Part shown: positions 12,930-25,458 of the stretch, piece by piece
How positions within the stretch are numbered: position 1 is the first letter of the stretch
Layout of the letters: each line of letters opens with the position of its first letter
Source: Camelus dromedarius
Lineage: Eukaryota
Direction: 5' to 3'
Assembly (NCBI RefSeq): GCF_036321535.1
Contig: NC_087437.1
Coordinates: 13,022,001-13,086,000, forward strand
Length of the DNA stretch: 64,000 nt
Made by a program: the position numbers and the translations under genes
Notes under the pieces: model-generated
Seen by the model: the letters and a program-made list of their open reading frames with translations, nothing else
What the model was told of the DNA's origin: nothing
Databases searched by the model: none

Positions 12930-13250
12930 CTCCTTTCCCCGCATTCAAAGTCCAAAGCCTGGATGAGGACAGTCAGGGCTTCCGCAGTCTGACTTCAGCC
13001 GCCCTCCCCTGTGCCACCCCCTGTCCCCAGGTCATCCGCACGGGTTTCCATTCACATGCGTCCTTCCCCATCGTACGGATTACTGTCTTCCTGCCTTTCC
13101 CAATGCTGGGCTTCGGAGGTGCGCACCTCTCACCCTTCTCCGCCTATTAAAGTCTTTCCATTTTTAAGGACTTGGGTTACACTTCCTCTGTGAAGTCTTC
13201 TGTTTCCCCCTGGCTCAGAGGTGCTCTCTCTCCTCTTTTGCCCTGATAAG
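12930..13250 (+). mobile_element. LINE-2 fragment, degraded
   Basis: aaagtccaaagcct...ggcttccgcagtctgacttcagcc...acttcctctgtgaagtcttc resembles the L2 3' region. Confidence 0.45.
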
Positions 13251-13394
13251 GTTGAAATAAACAAGAAAAAAACTCAGTGTTATATTTTGACACTTTGTTT
13301 CTCTGTCATGTTTTAGAAGTGGTCGTGTATTTGTACTTCTCTCTCTATTGGAGCCCACGATACCGTGTTTCTATTGCCGTCTTCCCAATTGTCT

Positions 13395-13700
13395 ACCGTA
13401 AGAATTTTCAAACGTATCAAAAAGGCGAAGGAATTGAGCAAGGGAGGCGACCCACAAAGCCAGCACTTTCACTCGGCATTTGTTGCCATATTGTCACATT
13501 TACTTTCTGTGTGTGTGCTTTATCTCCCTTGAGCCATGTAAGCGTGAGCGTCCGAAGTCAGGACACCCCCCACACCAAGTGCATCAGCACAGCCCTCTCA
13601 AAAACAAGAGCAAACGCTCTCAAAATCATCACGAGTCATGAATCGTCAACAACGCTTCCCTAATATCACCTAAGTTGCAGTTCAAATCCAGATCCCCCAG
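13395..13700 (-). mobile_element. Old L1 (L1MC-like) 3' end fragment
   Basis: aattttcaaacgtatcaaaaagg...ttgagccatgtaagcgtgag...ctcaaaaacaagagc follows the L1MC 3'UTR pattern. Confidence 0.55.
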
Positions 13701-15039
13701 TGGAGGGAAAACCATGCCTTCATTTCTTTCTATATCGTGATGGACGTTATCACTTTCTGTGAAGATGCTGAGTGCTGCCATGTCCTTGGGAGCTGTTTGC
13801 TTGCAGATAGTAGCCTTTTCTACCACATTTTGAGTCTTATTTCTCCAGGCTTTTTTAGCCTTAGTTTTCATCCTCTCTCTCTCTGTCTCTTTTCCTCCAA
13901 CTATCTGATGCTATGGGAATGAGACTAAATGGCTTCATCTAAAGATGGGACTTTCAGGAAGAATGAGTTGTATTTTCTTTCTCCTGGCACAGCAATCTTG
14001 TTCACTTTTCTGAGAGTTCTAGTGGTTTTTTTTTGTACAATCCTGGAGGCTGTGACAATATAATCAACTCTAACCTGGGGATTGGTTTTTAAGCCAGGGG
14101 GTTATATTGAGATTTAGCTTCTGTTTTCTTCTGTCTGCCTCCAGGCCATTTCACTGACTCAGGCATTTTCATGACAGTGAGAATCAAAGGTAAGGGAACT
14201 GAATATGCATTCTCTTATTTTTTTATTTTTGTTTTTTTTTAGCAGCTCTGGCCATAGAGTTGACAGTGATTGAATCTCAGGCTAAATTTAGATTTGTGGA
14301 TCATGACGGAATTCTCCTTTCCTAGAATCCCTTGCTCCCAATAATGAGAATAATCAAGAGTCACTTTTAATAAACAAAGTGCATTAAAGAATTTAAAGAG
14401 TTTGTGTCAGTACAAGAATGATTTCTCTAAAAACCGTCCATCAGAAACTGATGCTGCCACTAATAAGAAAGAAATAGAGTCTGTCATGATTCAGAGACAC
14501 CCTTCCCATTTGTTATGTAAAAAACTAAATCCAGTTCTGAGGATAATAATTCATTTCTCTGCCACTATCTTAATTTTTCATCTTCAATAATGTTGTGACT
14601 TTGTATGAAGTGTGTTAAGTGGTATATCCAAGATATATTAGAATTGTTAAAAACATATTTATATCTTCCTGGGTAGTCTAGTAAAAATGGACTTTTTGGA
14701 GTTGTATTATTTGTAAAAGCAAAAGTGGAAGTCAAGCTTCTGAGCCATTGAATTATTTATTCTGAAACTCTTGCTTTAGTTTACTAAGACATAAATTCTG
14801 GAATAAGAAGCACTAAAGTATTAGGAGATTCATTTAGACTCAGACAATCCATCCCAAAAGAAATATAGTCATTGTCGATGCTTATTCAGCTCAGAAAAGC
14901 AAAATGAATGGCTAAAATGGCAACAATGGAAAATGACAGTAGAAAGAAACATGACAAATAAAACCAAGATTTATTTCATAAAAGTATATGTGCCAATTGA
15001 ACATATCTTCAAAAATATATGCTTTATCACATTTATACT

Positions 15040-15241
15040 GTTTTATTTTTCTTAGCACTCTTTTCAAGACATGAAAGGTAGCATTAATTGGTTGGTTGCA
15101 TGTCTGTTGTCTGTTTTCCCTCCCTTCCCTTATGGAGGCAGAGACTGGCTGTCTTGTTTATTACTGTATCCCCAGGGCCTGGTAGGAGAGGGCTTGGCTC
15201 ATAACATGTGCTCACCAAGTGTCTGTTGAATAAATGGATGA
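15040..15241 (+). mobile_element. LINE-2 3' terminus
   Basis: ggcagagactggctgtcttgtttattactgtatccccagggcctgg...gtgtctgttgaataaatggatga. Confidence 0.8.
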
Positions 15242-15603
15242 TTCAATCTTCTGTGTGTGTGTATATACATATTGTGTAGATACATCTTGTGTGTGTGTGT
15301 GTATAAAGTCTTACCAAACTCAATGACTAAATGAATCACTATTAGATTATTTAAGATAGTCCTTAAGCATGGCACAGAGTTTGATTTTTTTAAAATTCAA
15401 AACCCTCTTTATTTTTCCTATTTCAATGAGAATTTAGCAAGATGTTATTACATCCAAAATTCCCACAGTTAGTTTTAAGTGGAAAGCCTTTTCAATGCAA
15501 ACCACTCATTGGCATTCCTGTCCTTCCAAAATTTGACAGAAACAGTTGATCATAAGCTCGAGAGGGGACGTTTCTGTCTAAATTAGTGTTTTGAATTACT
15601 TTG

Positions 15604-16297
15604 CTTTTTTTTAATTTGTATTTTTTTAATTGAAGTACAGTCAGTTTACAATGTTGAATCAATTTCTGGTGTACAGCACAATGCTTCAGTCATACATGAA
15701 TATACATACATTCGTTTTCATATTCTTTTTCACTGTAAGCTACTACAAGATATCAAATATAGTTTCCTCTGCTATACAGTATGAATTCGTTATTTATCTA
15801 TTTTATATATATTAATATCTGAAAATCTTGAATTCCTAATTTATTCCTAATTTACTTCCCCCTCGTAACCACCATAAGTTTGTCTTCTATGTCTGAGTCT
15901 GTTTCTGTTTTGTAAATAAGCTGGATTTTGTCTTTTTTTTTTTTTTTTTAGATTCCACATATAAGTGATATCATACGGTATTTTTCTTTCTCTTTCTGTC
16001 TTTACTTAGAATGATAATCTCCAGGTCCAACCATGTTGCTGCAAATGGCATTATTTCATTCTTTTTTATGGCTGAGTAGTATTCCATTGTATAAATATAC
16101 CACAGCTTCTTTATCCAGTCATCTGTCAATGGACATTTACATTGTTTCCATGACTTGGTTATTGTAAATAGTTTTGCTATGGACATTGAGGTGCAGGTGT
16201 GTTTTTGAATTAAGGTTTCCTCTGGATATATGCCCAGGAGTAGGATTGCTGGATCATATAGTAAGTCTATTTTTAGTCTTTTGAGTAATCTCCACAC
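15604..16297 (-). mobile_element. 5'-truncated L1 with TSD
   Basis: ORF 15971-16384(-) contains LLYDPAILLLGIYP...WIKKLWYIYTMEYYSAIKKNEIMPFAATW. T-tail at the left end. TSD tgaattactttg (15592-15603) / tgaactactttg (16298-16309). Confidence 0.93.
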
Positions 16298-17771
16298 TGA
16301 ACTACTTTGAATTGTAACATTATCATTTTCTACCATGTAGAAAGAACGGGTAAGAAGTTGAGCATCCCATGATCTATAGGACACTGAGAAATTCTTCAGT
16401 TTCCCCTCATTGGATCTTCATAATGGAGCTTAATTGCAATCTCTATAATGGTTGGTTCATCAAACACACCCCTTCTGTTGTGATCTTAGTTTAAAGTGTG
16501 TTACTGAAAAAAATAGTAATGAACTTGAATTATCCAAATTACAGATCCTCCTTACCTATGATTCTCATTATTAAAAAAGAACTGCAGAATTTGCAATGTC
16601 TCGGAGGTTGAAGGAAACTTGAGTTCAAGGTTATTGAGCACTGTTGCTTTTTCCCTCTTCTCTGAGTGGTCATAATACCCTTTTTCATTCATAAGAAAGA
16701 AAACAGTTTAGGTTGTTTCTCCAAAGCCCCTTGCTAGGGATACAAAGCAAGTATATTAAACTCTGAATAATAGTTATAAAAATAACGTATTTTATATGAA
16801 TTTTGTTTTGAGTTTTTTTTTTTTTTTTTTTTTTTCAGTTTACAAGAGTGTGGTTCCTTCTTTTTAAAATCCCATCCTCACCTAGGAAAACACTCAGCTT
16901 CTCTGACAGGGGCTGGTGATGTTTAGGCCCGCCCTCGTCTTTGTTCACCTTAGCAGCTTTCTTACTCTTTCAGCAATGAACTATTTTGAGCTATTACAGT
17001 GGGAGCCTGACCTTGAAAATGACAGAAATTAACCTAGTGCTTTTTCCAGCTCTTACTCTCATGGCTCAGATCTCATTTTGAACCCAAATGAACACCAAAG
17101 TGCTCCACCTCAGGTAATGTATGACCCTGTGAATGCCACGGGTCACAGGACCAGTGGGGCCAGCTGTAAAGGTACAGCTCCGCCAGAGTTTAATTTTTAC
17201 ATTAAGTCCAAAGAATGCTTTAAAGATAAAAAATCCTCTCCTAGATCTCCGAGCCAAGGAAGCTCCAACAGAGAAATCTGATATCTTGAGAATGACCTTA
17301 CCCTTCTGACCCCCAGTTACCAGCTCCTTCTTTGTTCTCTCTTTCACTGAAACAGCACGACCCTTTATATCTGCTTCTTTCAATAGGCCCGGAGATTCTG
17401 AATTAGGAAGAGCATAGAATGACAGGCTCATAGCCTTTTCTTCTAAGAACCATCCAGGTTGCTTTTGAAAACAGGAAGTAATCTGTGCAGACTGTGATTT
17501 ACTTTATTTGCCCCCAAGAAGAAGACTCCTTGTGTGTGTTGCCTGGACTCATACAGACCAGCTAGACTGCTCACTCCCGTGTGATGGGGGTTATGCTGAC
17601 CGTGTCTGGGTTTTATAAGAAAAGGAGAGCTCATGCATCTAATTCTAATTCAGCCTCTCAAGTCACATATGGTTCAAATAGATAAGCTCTGAGAATGACA
17701 CAGAGTGCCTATATCCAAGGGTAGGAGGGAGTCACAGCATCAGCTTCTGGGCTTTCTTATGCAACTTTTTG

Positions 17772-19500
17772 ATTTTTTTAACTGAAGTATAGTCAATTTA
17801 AAATGTGTTAATTTCTGGTGTACAACATACAATTATATACACACACACACACACACACATATATATATGCTCCTTTTTATATTCTTTTTCATTATAGGCT
17901 ATTCCAAGGTACTGAATACAGTTCCCTGTGCTATACAGTAGAACCTTGTTGTTTATCTATTTTATAGATAGTAGCTGTTATCTGCAAATCCCGAACTCCC
18001 AATTTATCCCCCCCCCCACCTGTAACCACAAGTTTGTTTTCTGTGGGTATTTCCATTTTGTAGATAAGTTCATTTGTGTCATTTTTTTAAGATTCCACAT
18101 ATAAGTGATACCATATGGTATTTTTCTTTCTCTTTCTGACTTACTTCACTTAGCATGATGATCTCCAGATCCATCCATGTTGCTGCAAATGGCAGTATTT
18201 TATTATTTTTTTTTATGGCTGACTAGTATTCTATTGTATAAATAGACCACAGCTTCTTTATCCAGTCATCTGTTGATGGGCATTTAGGTTTTTTCCATGT
18301 CTTGGCTATTGTGAATAGTGCTGCTATGGACATTGGTGCATGTATCTTTTTGAATTAGAGGTTCCTCCAGATATATGCCCAGGAACGGATTGTTGGATCA
18401 TAAGGTAAGTGTATTTTTAGTTTTTTAAGGAATCTTTATAATGTTTTCCACAGTGGCTGCACCAAACTACATTCCCACCAGCAGTGTAGGAGGGTTCCTT
18501 TTCTCCACACCCTCTCCAGCATTTATTGTTTGTGGACTTTTTAGTGATGGCCATTTTGACTGGTGTCAGGTGATATACCTCATTGTAGTTTATTGTTAAA
18601 ATGACCATACTACCCAAAGCAATCTACAGATCTAATGTGATCCTTATCAAATTATGCATGACATTTTCCACAGAACTAGAACAAATAATCTTAAAATTTA
18701 TACGGAATCACAAAAGACCCAGAATCACCAAAGTAATACTGAAGAAAAAGAATTGAGCTGGAGGAATAATCCTCTCAGACTTGAGATAATACCACAGAGC
18801 TATAGTAATTAAAACAGCATGATATTGGCACAAAAACAGACATATGGATTAATGGGTCAGAATAGAGAGCCTAGAAATGAACCAACACACCTACAGTTAA
18901 TTAATCCTTGACAAAGGAGGCAAGAACGTACAATGGAGTAAAGACAGTTTCTTCAGCTGATGGTGTTGGGAAAACCGGACAGTTGCCTGTAAATCAATGA
19001 AGTTAGAGTACTCCCTCCCACCATGCACAAAAATAAATTCAAAATGGCTTAAAGACTTAAACATAAGACAAAACATGATAAACCTCCTAGAAGAAATCAT
19101 TGGCAAAACGTTCTCTGACATAAATCTTAGCGATGTTCTCCTAGGGCAGTCTACCAGGGCAATAGAAATAAAAGCAGAAATAAACAAATAGAACCTAATT
19201 AAACTTACAAGCTTTTGCTGTGCAAGGAAAACTATAAACAAAAGGAGAAAACAACCTATGGAATGGGAGAAAATATGTTCCAATGATGAGACTGACAAGG
19301 GCTTAATTTCCAGAGTATACTAATAGCTCGTATAACTCAGTAACTAAAAAATAAACAATCCAATAAGAAAAATGGGCAGAAGTCTCAAAGAGACATTTCT
19401 CCAATGAAGATGTACAAATGGCCAATAGGCACAAGAAAAAATGCTAATTATTAGAGAAATGCAAATCAAAGCTACAATGAGGTATCACCTCACACCAGTC
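17772..19500 (-). mobile_element. 5'-inverted (twin-primed) L1: 3' part on - strand 17772-18590, inverted ORF2 part on + strand 18591-19500
   Basis: Orientation switches at ...cattgtagtt|tattgttaaaatgacc... TSD tcttatgcaactttttg (17755-17771) / tcttatgcatctttttg (19499-19515). Confidence 0.93.
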
Positions 19501-19708
19501 TTATGCATCTTTTTGGTTTGTCTGCACAACAAGAACTTATGAAGCTCCTGCTCTGTCTCTGGCCCTGGGCTCTGTTCCATGTCAGTTTAATTAAAGCTCA
19601 AGCATCAGTTGCTACCCTGACCTACCTCCTGCCTACTTCACAGACACCAAGAAAGGTGCTCCAGCTTTGTGTCAGAAGGACCTCGGTTTGAATCCTGTGT
19701 CTGCCACT

Positions 19709-20083
19709 TTGGGCAGATCGCATTTTTTGCACACCCTCCTTCCTGACAGCATTTGATTCCCCTTGGGGGAACCTCTTTCCTCTTTGTGGTCTCTCCTGGT
19801 GGGAACGTCAGTCTAGGTGTCTGCCCTTTCCTAGCTAAGCCATGACTCTCCTAGGATCTGAGTCTTGAGTAAGGCCTGACAAAGATGGTAGCTCCCACTT
19901 GTCCTGATAGAAACCCTGGACCAACTATTTGAGTAATTCCTGAACTGGGAGTGGCCCTGTGTTTGTCTTGTTTTCTGGTTCTCTGTGAATGCGAGGGCTA
20001 CCAACTTCTAGTCAACTGGTGCCTCTTTCTGTATGCCAGAGTTAGGTCCTGTGACCTGCAATCAAAGGAATCCTGGCTGACAC
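19709..20083 (+). mobile_element. Old MaLR LTR (MLT1-like) interrupting a MIR
   Basis: Ends tgcaatcaaaggaatcctggctgacaca. MIR-like sequence lies on both sides (19660-19708 and 20084-20240). Confidence 0.5.
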
Positions 20084-20849
20084 ACTTTTGGACCAGTTCC
20101 ATCGGTCTCTTAGTCTTAGTTTCTGTATTTCTAAAATCAGAGAAATAACGCCTACCTGACAGGAAGGGGCGTGGATGGGATGAGAGGGCACAGAAGGAGC
20201 TCGGCGCTGGGCTGGCACACGGCAGGCTTGCAACGCATGGCGGTTACGGTCATGCTTGACCTCTGTCACCCTCTCCACTTAGGAGCCTTGCCTGGGATGG
20301 TTCCAGTCTAAGTCCCTCCAAGGCCACGTTCCTACTTCAGGGGTGACCTGGCTACCTGGATGCACCAAGAAAAGGTAGATTCAGATATAGAAAAAGTAGG
20401 AATGAGTCAGCTCTTCAAAAGCAGTGAAGAAACCAACAGAGAAGGGGGGTGCGAGGGGGCTGGAGTGAGCAGGGAGCGGGTGGAGGGTAAGAGGCAGCTC
20501 GGGTGGGTACTCTGTCCTGCTCTCGGTCACCCTGGGAATTCTGAGCCTTCGGTACTTCAGGTACCTTCTCGGTGAGTCTGTCAGTGCAAAGCTGGCTCCT
20601 TCTGCAGCAATCTTGTCCCTGGAAGTGGACATTTTCACTTATCTAAGATGCACTTGTCCCTTTGTTATTTTAATTTTTGGTCTCAAGTCAGTGGAAATGA
20701 CATCTTTTCAGTCCTGCTCAGTCAGAAGTGGCCCATCCCTCACATCTCAGTTGTTTTAATGTCACCGTCACTCCAGGCATGACAAATGCTTTGTGCCTCA
20801 AGGAACCCGTCCGGGGGGAACCCATCCAGGAGCACAGGGACATCGCAGG

Positions 20850-21009
20850 TGCGTTCAAGCTCATCTGTGTGGGTTCAAACCACAGCATTCCTACCAACTA
20901 GCTGTGAGACTTGAGAAAAGTCATGCAACCTCTCTCTGCCACAGTCTTCCCATCTGTAAAATGGAAGCTGATGATAACAGTACTTGTTGTGAAGATCAGG
21001 GGTAAAGAC
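20850..21009 (+). mobile_element. MIR (5' part; continues at ~21491-21540)
   Basis: tgggttcaaacc...ctagctgtgagacttg...cccatctgtaaaatgg. The MIR tail aagtgctcaataa follows the inserted LTR. Confidence 0.8.
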
Positions 21010-21486
21010 TGTGAGTGAAAAATACTGCAAACCATATCAGTAAACAAAGAATGCTGAAGCCATCAAGTCATCAGCAGCTGCCGCCACCCCCCAGTGAAGA
21101 CAAGCCTGCAGCCCGGCCTCTGCAGCCACTCACAGTGGTGCACCCTGAGGGGACTCAGAATAAGAAAGGACAGGATACTGGCCCTAGATAGCTAGGTGCT
21201 TGTCAAAGGAATGAATTCAGTGAGCCCAAGTGTTTGCTGCCTCCCATACATAGAAAAGCACTAAATTCTTTAACTTGAGATGCCTGTTCTTCTTTAGTTA
21301 ACAAATAATCTTTTAATATTCCAACTACCTGGTCTTTGTTGTAAAACTCCTATATATCCTAGCTCCTCCCCTACCTCTTCGGAGCAGTCCCTCAGAGCGA
21401 TCTGACAGGCTGTCATCCTGGCTCGTCTTCCCGCCAAACAAAACATAACTCTCAACTTTTAGGCTGCGCATTTATTTCAGTCGACA
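21010..21486 (+). mobile_element. ERV1-class solo LTR
   Basis: TG...CA ends with short inverted termini (tgtgagtgaaaaata / tttatttcagtcgaca). Perfect 4-bp TSD agac (21006-21009, 21487-21490). TATA-like ctatatat at ~21350. Confidence 0.9.
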
Positions 21487-21719
21487 AGACACACAGCCCA
21501 GTGTGAGACTTATAATAAGTGCTCAATAAGTGTATCTGTAAAGATGACATTTGTTGCCATCACCAGCAATAAACTTTGTTTAACTTAAGGAAAAATGAAG
21601 AATGGATTGGAAAGATGTTGGGGGCATTCACAGAATTTAAAACAGAGTTTGTAACTGAGTTGAGAAAGGGAACACAGGGCAGAGCTTGACCCTCTGCAGC
21701 AAGAGTTGCTGGATAATTC

Positions 21720-22157
21720 TGTTGTGGGAGAACAGGTTCTTGCCTTGTACAGGGAAGAATTCAAGAGCAAGGCATGGTAAAGTGAAAGCAAGTTTATTTA
21801 GAGAGACACACACTCCATAGACAGAGTGCGGGCTGTCCCACAAGGCAAGGGAGAGAGCGACCAGAGGTGGGGAGTTGTTAGTTTCTATAGGCTTGGTAAT
21901 TTCATATGCTAATGAGCAGGAGGATTATTCCAACTATCTTGGGGAAGGGGCGGGGATTTCTGGGAATTAGGCCCTGCCCACTTTTTGATCTTTCTGGTCA
22001 GCCTAGGAACTCTCATGGCTCTGTGGCTGTGCCATGAGACTCAAGGTCAACTGGAAGTCAAACCTTCTGCCCTCTTGGTTCTAACCAGTCCGTCCTGTCC
22101 TCAGTTGCTGTGTCATTCCTTCAGTGGCTGTGCCCTGCCCCCTTCCTTCCTGTCTCA
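21720..22157 (-). mobile_element. ERV1 solo LTR, MER41/LTR8-like
   Basis: tgttg...ggttcttgcctt...aagaattcaagagc...agtgaaagcaagtttatt (reverse AATAAA)...cctgtctca. TG...CA termini. Confidence 0.8.
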
Positions 22158-22904
22158 GTCCCTCTGGGGCCCTGCTGTCAAAGAGATCTGAGCTCCTACA
22201 AGTCGGCTGGGCTCACTGCCTCTCCTTTCAAATGCACAGCATCCTAAATACCAAGCAAGGGGAAGGACCAAGATTTTATCACACAGGGGAGACCACTTTG
22301 GCCCGGCTGCTGGTTTAGCCTTTGGAAAAAGTTTAAGCTTTGCATCCCTTTTCTGCTTATCCAAAATGAATTCAATGTTAATAAAGGGCAAGGTTCAGGC
22401 TGAGCCTGGAAAGACAGGAGCCCTGGAGAGCCCAGCTCCCTTCCAATCCTCACTCAACGCAGAATCCCCATAGAGAAAAGGGGTTTTATTAGCCCTGAGA
22501 TTACGGTAGGGACATGCAGAAAGCTGCAGGACATCTTCCATCCCCAAGGCCTCAACCAAACACAAAGTTTTCACGTTTTCTCCATGACACTACTAAGCAT
22601 TTGTGCCAATTATTGAAACACCTCTGTTCGGTTTTGTGTTGTTTTAAATACTGTCTGTGTTGTGGGGGTTTGAAATTTAGATGGAGGAACAGATTTGTAA
22701 AAAATGTTCTAAATTGCTTTGGAATTAATAAATAATCAAGTAGATTCTTTCGGTGGGTAATCTGCTACTATAACGTAGCACCTGTTTTGGGGGGAACTTT
22801 CTGAAGTGAAGGACTGAAGTGATACTTTATTAAGACCAGTAGTGGTCTATCGGGTTAGACGTAATTTCCAAAAGTGTATTAATCTAAAGAGTAATAATGA
22901 GGAT

Positions 22905-23140
22905 GGTGATGATGATAGCTAACATTACTAACACACCTGCTCGGCCCTGTGCTGTGTGCATTACACATACTAAATCGTCGACTTGTCCCAACAACGCTGT
23001 GGACAAACCTGTGTTGTTATCTCCATTTTATAAGTCAGGGAATTGCAGCACAGAGAGGTGAATTAACTCATCCAAAATCACACAGTAAGTGGCAGAGGTA
23101 GATATAAACTTGGGTCGTCTAAGACCAGAGCCCAGGCTGT
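22905..23140 (-). mobile_element. MIR SINE
   Basis: atagctaacatt...tctccattttataagtcagggaattgcagcacagagaggtgaattaactcatccaaaatcacacag. Confidence 0.8.
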
Positions 23141-23299
23141 CAGCCAGCATATAATACAATGGTTTGTAGGCTGGGACCATCCGGAAGGGAAGGGACCCAG
23201 AAATGAAATAAACACAGGTAGTGCACACCATGTGCCAATATATTCCAACTCTACATTGTTTTGCTTGTCTCTGCTGGCAAGCTTTTATTCCATAGAGGG

Positions 23300-23695
23300 T
23301 GTTAAGAGATTAAACTGAGGCATATTAAAAATTCTAAAAGTTTATTTGAGCCAACATTGATTCAAATCTGATAGCATCCAATTTAACAAATAGAAAGGAG
23401 CTCCAAGAAGTTGTACAAAATGAAGGACTTTTATAGGTAGAACAGAGCAGGAACAAGGAAATTACACTAGGCAAGAAGTGGGTTGGTTATTGCAAGGTTG
23501 CTTTCCTTTAAGGGATGGACATCAGACGTCTATCAGGCAAATTATGTAATTGATGCTGATCAGGCGATTCCTGATTGACTGGAATTTAAGATTCCATTTC
23601 TTGAAGAGCTGAAACTAATAAAAGTTAAGTATCAGTTTGATGACGTGGGGCTTAGCATAAGTGACTCCACTGGGGCTGTCGTTTTGTTTCTGACA
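23300..23695 (-). mobile_element. ERV1-class solo LTR (MER31/MER67-like)
   Basis: Termini tgttaag...ctgaca. Reverse AATAAA in agtttatttgag near the left end, ttttata TATA-like box and gcataagtgactcca end motif. Confidence 0.7.
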
Positions 23696-23909
23696 AAGAT
23701 AAATGGAAGCTGCTTAGTGCTATGCATTCGATATAGGAAGTGGGGTCTCGTGAATAAATCCAGGCAGCCTCGACCCCAATGGCTTGTGCTTAAAAAAAAA
23801 AATTACACAGTCTTCTGAATAAAGCTGATTGAAAAGTTTCTGCCTTCAACTTCTTGAAGTGCTCTCCATATTACATTTTGATGTTTGTTATGTATAATAC
23901 ATGGATACA

Positions 23910-24126
23910 CAGATGACCCTTGAAGAACACGGGTTTGACCTGTGTGAATCCACTTATATGTGGGTATTTTTCAGTAAATACATACTATAGTACCACATGG
24001 TCTGAAGTTAGTTGAATCCGAAAATGCAGAACCTGGGATGTAAGGGCCAACTGTAAAGTTATATGTAGATTTTCAACTGCATGGGGGTCAGCATCCCTAA
24101 CCCCCACATTGTTCACAGGTCAACTG
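23910..24126 (+). mobile_element. Tigger2-derived MITE (Tigger2a_Art-like)
   Basis: TIRs cagatgacccttgaagaac / ttgttcacaggtcaactg, with TA on the right flank. Confidence 0.88.
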
Positions 24127-25234
24127 TAATAAAAAAGAAGACTCTGAGAGGTGGGGTCAAAAAATTGTGATCTAGAGACTGAGGCATAGACAGAGGATCT
24201 GAAATACTTCTTGTAACAGTTTCAGCCTGAATTTCTGAGAACCACTATTCACAGATTGTGTATGGAACTAAGTCGTTCCATGGGGAGTTTTAGCTCCAGC
24301 CATCGAACACGCAAGTGAAGGCACTTGCCAGCTCAGTAATAAAAGGAATGAAATTGTATACTGACAAGATCTGCACTCTAAAAAATGAGCAAAAAATCTT
24401 TAAGTCGTATAAAGTTGTTAATTTTCTTTTAAAAAATAAAAACCAACAAAGAAATAAAACATGAATGCTTTAGAGATTACAAAGTTAACCTGCAGATGTA
24501 TGCGTAGGTGGTTCCAGAATGGAGAACGGAGACCTGCCGGCTCAAACAGGATTTGCCCTGGAGACCCTGCCGAAATTCTCCCATCTGAAAAATGGAATCA
24601 TAAAACCAGCTCATTTTCTGTGACAAAAATGAGTAACAGGATGCAGTATCCTTCTGCCACATGAATTAAAGGTAAGCTATTTGGGGATATACTATCCGCT
24701 TCTAAAAATGGCCAAAGCCAGCCACAGAAACGGACGTGGACCAGAATTTGTCATTTTATGACCGAGAGTGTGATAAAACACAGGGACAGCCTTCCTGCCA
24801 GGAAGCCTGCCTGCATCAGTGGTCACGAAAAGACTACCTGTGTTCAAAGGTCCTTTCTAGACACCAGATAATGTTATTAAGAGGAGAGACTGGGGTTCGT
24901 CTAGCACAGGGATTTTCTCGAGAGCGTGTCTACCACTGTGAACAAGGCTTAGAAATGCCAGCTTGTACCATCAGTGCCTGCAAACATCCTCTGTGATCTC
25001 ACTTGATCAAGGTTTTGTGTGAACTAAGATCCAAGCTCAAATACAGAAGCATTAAATGTACAAGAGAGATATTTCGTCTCCAAGTATGTCTCCTCTCAGT
25101 TAAATCAACAAGCAGACTTTGGGGGAGATTAAAAAAAAAAAAAAAGAAAGATCCAGGCAAATTAGCATAGCCAGCACAGCTAGAAAAGTCAAATAGGTTT
25201 TAGTTTATTCATCCATTCTTTTATCTACTCAGTA

Positions 25235-25458
25235 CAGTTTATTGAATGTCTGCCTTATCACAAGCGAAGAACACCACATACGGTGCCTCATTTACCCTCC
25301 ACAACGTACGAGGCAAGGCACGTGAGTAGTCCCACCTTATACATAGGAAGATGGAGGCTCAGAGACTGATAGAAATTCAGCCAAAGTCACACAGCTAATA
25401 CGTGGTGGAGCCTGGATTTAAATGCTGAGCAGCTTGGTTTCAAAGCCCACACCTGTTC
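25235..25458 (-). mobile_element. MIR SINE
   Basis: ggaggctcagagact...ccaaagtcacacagctaa...ggagcctggatttaaatgc. Confidence 0.75.
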
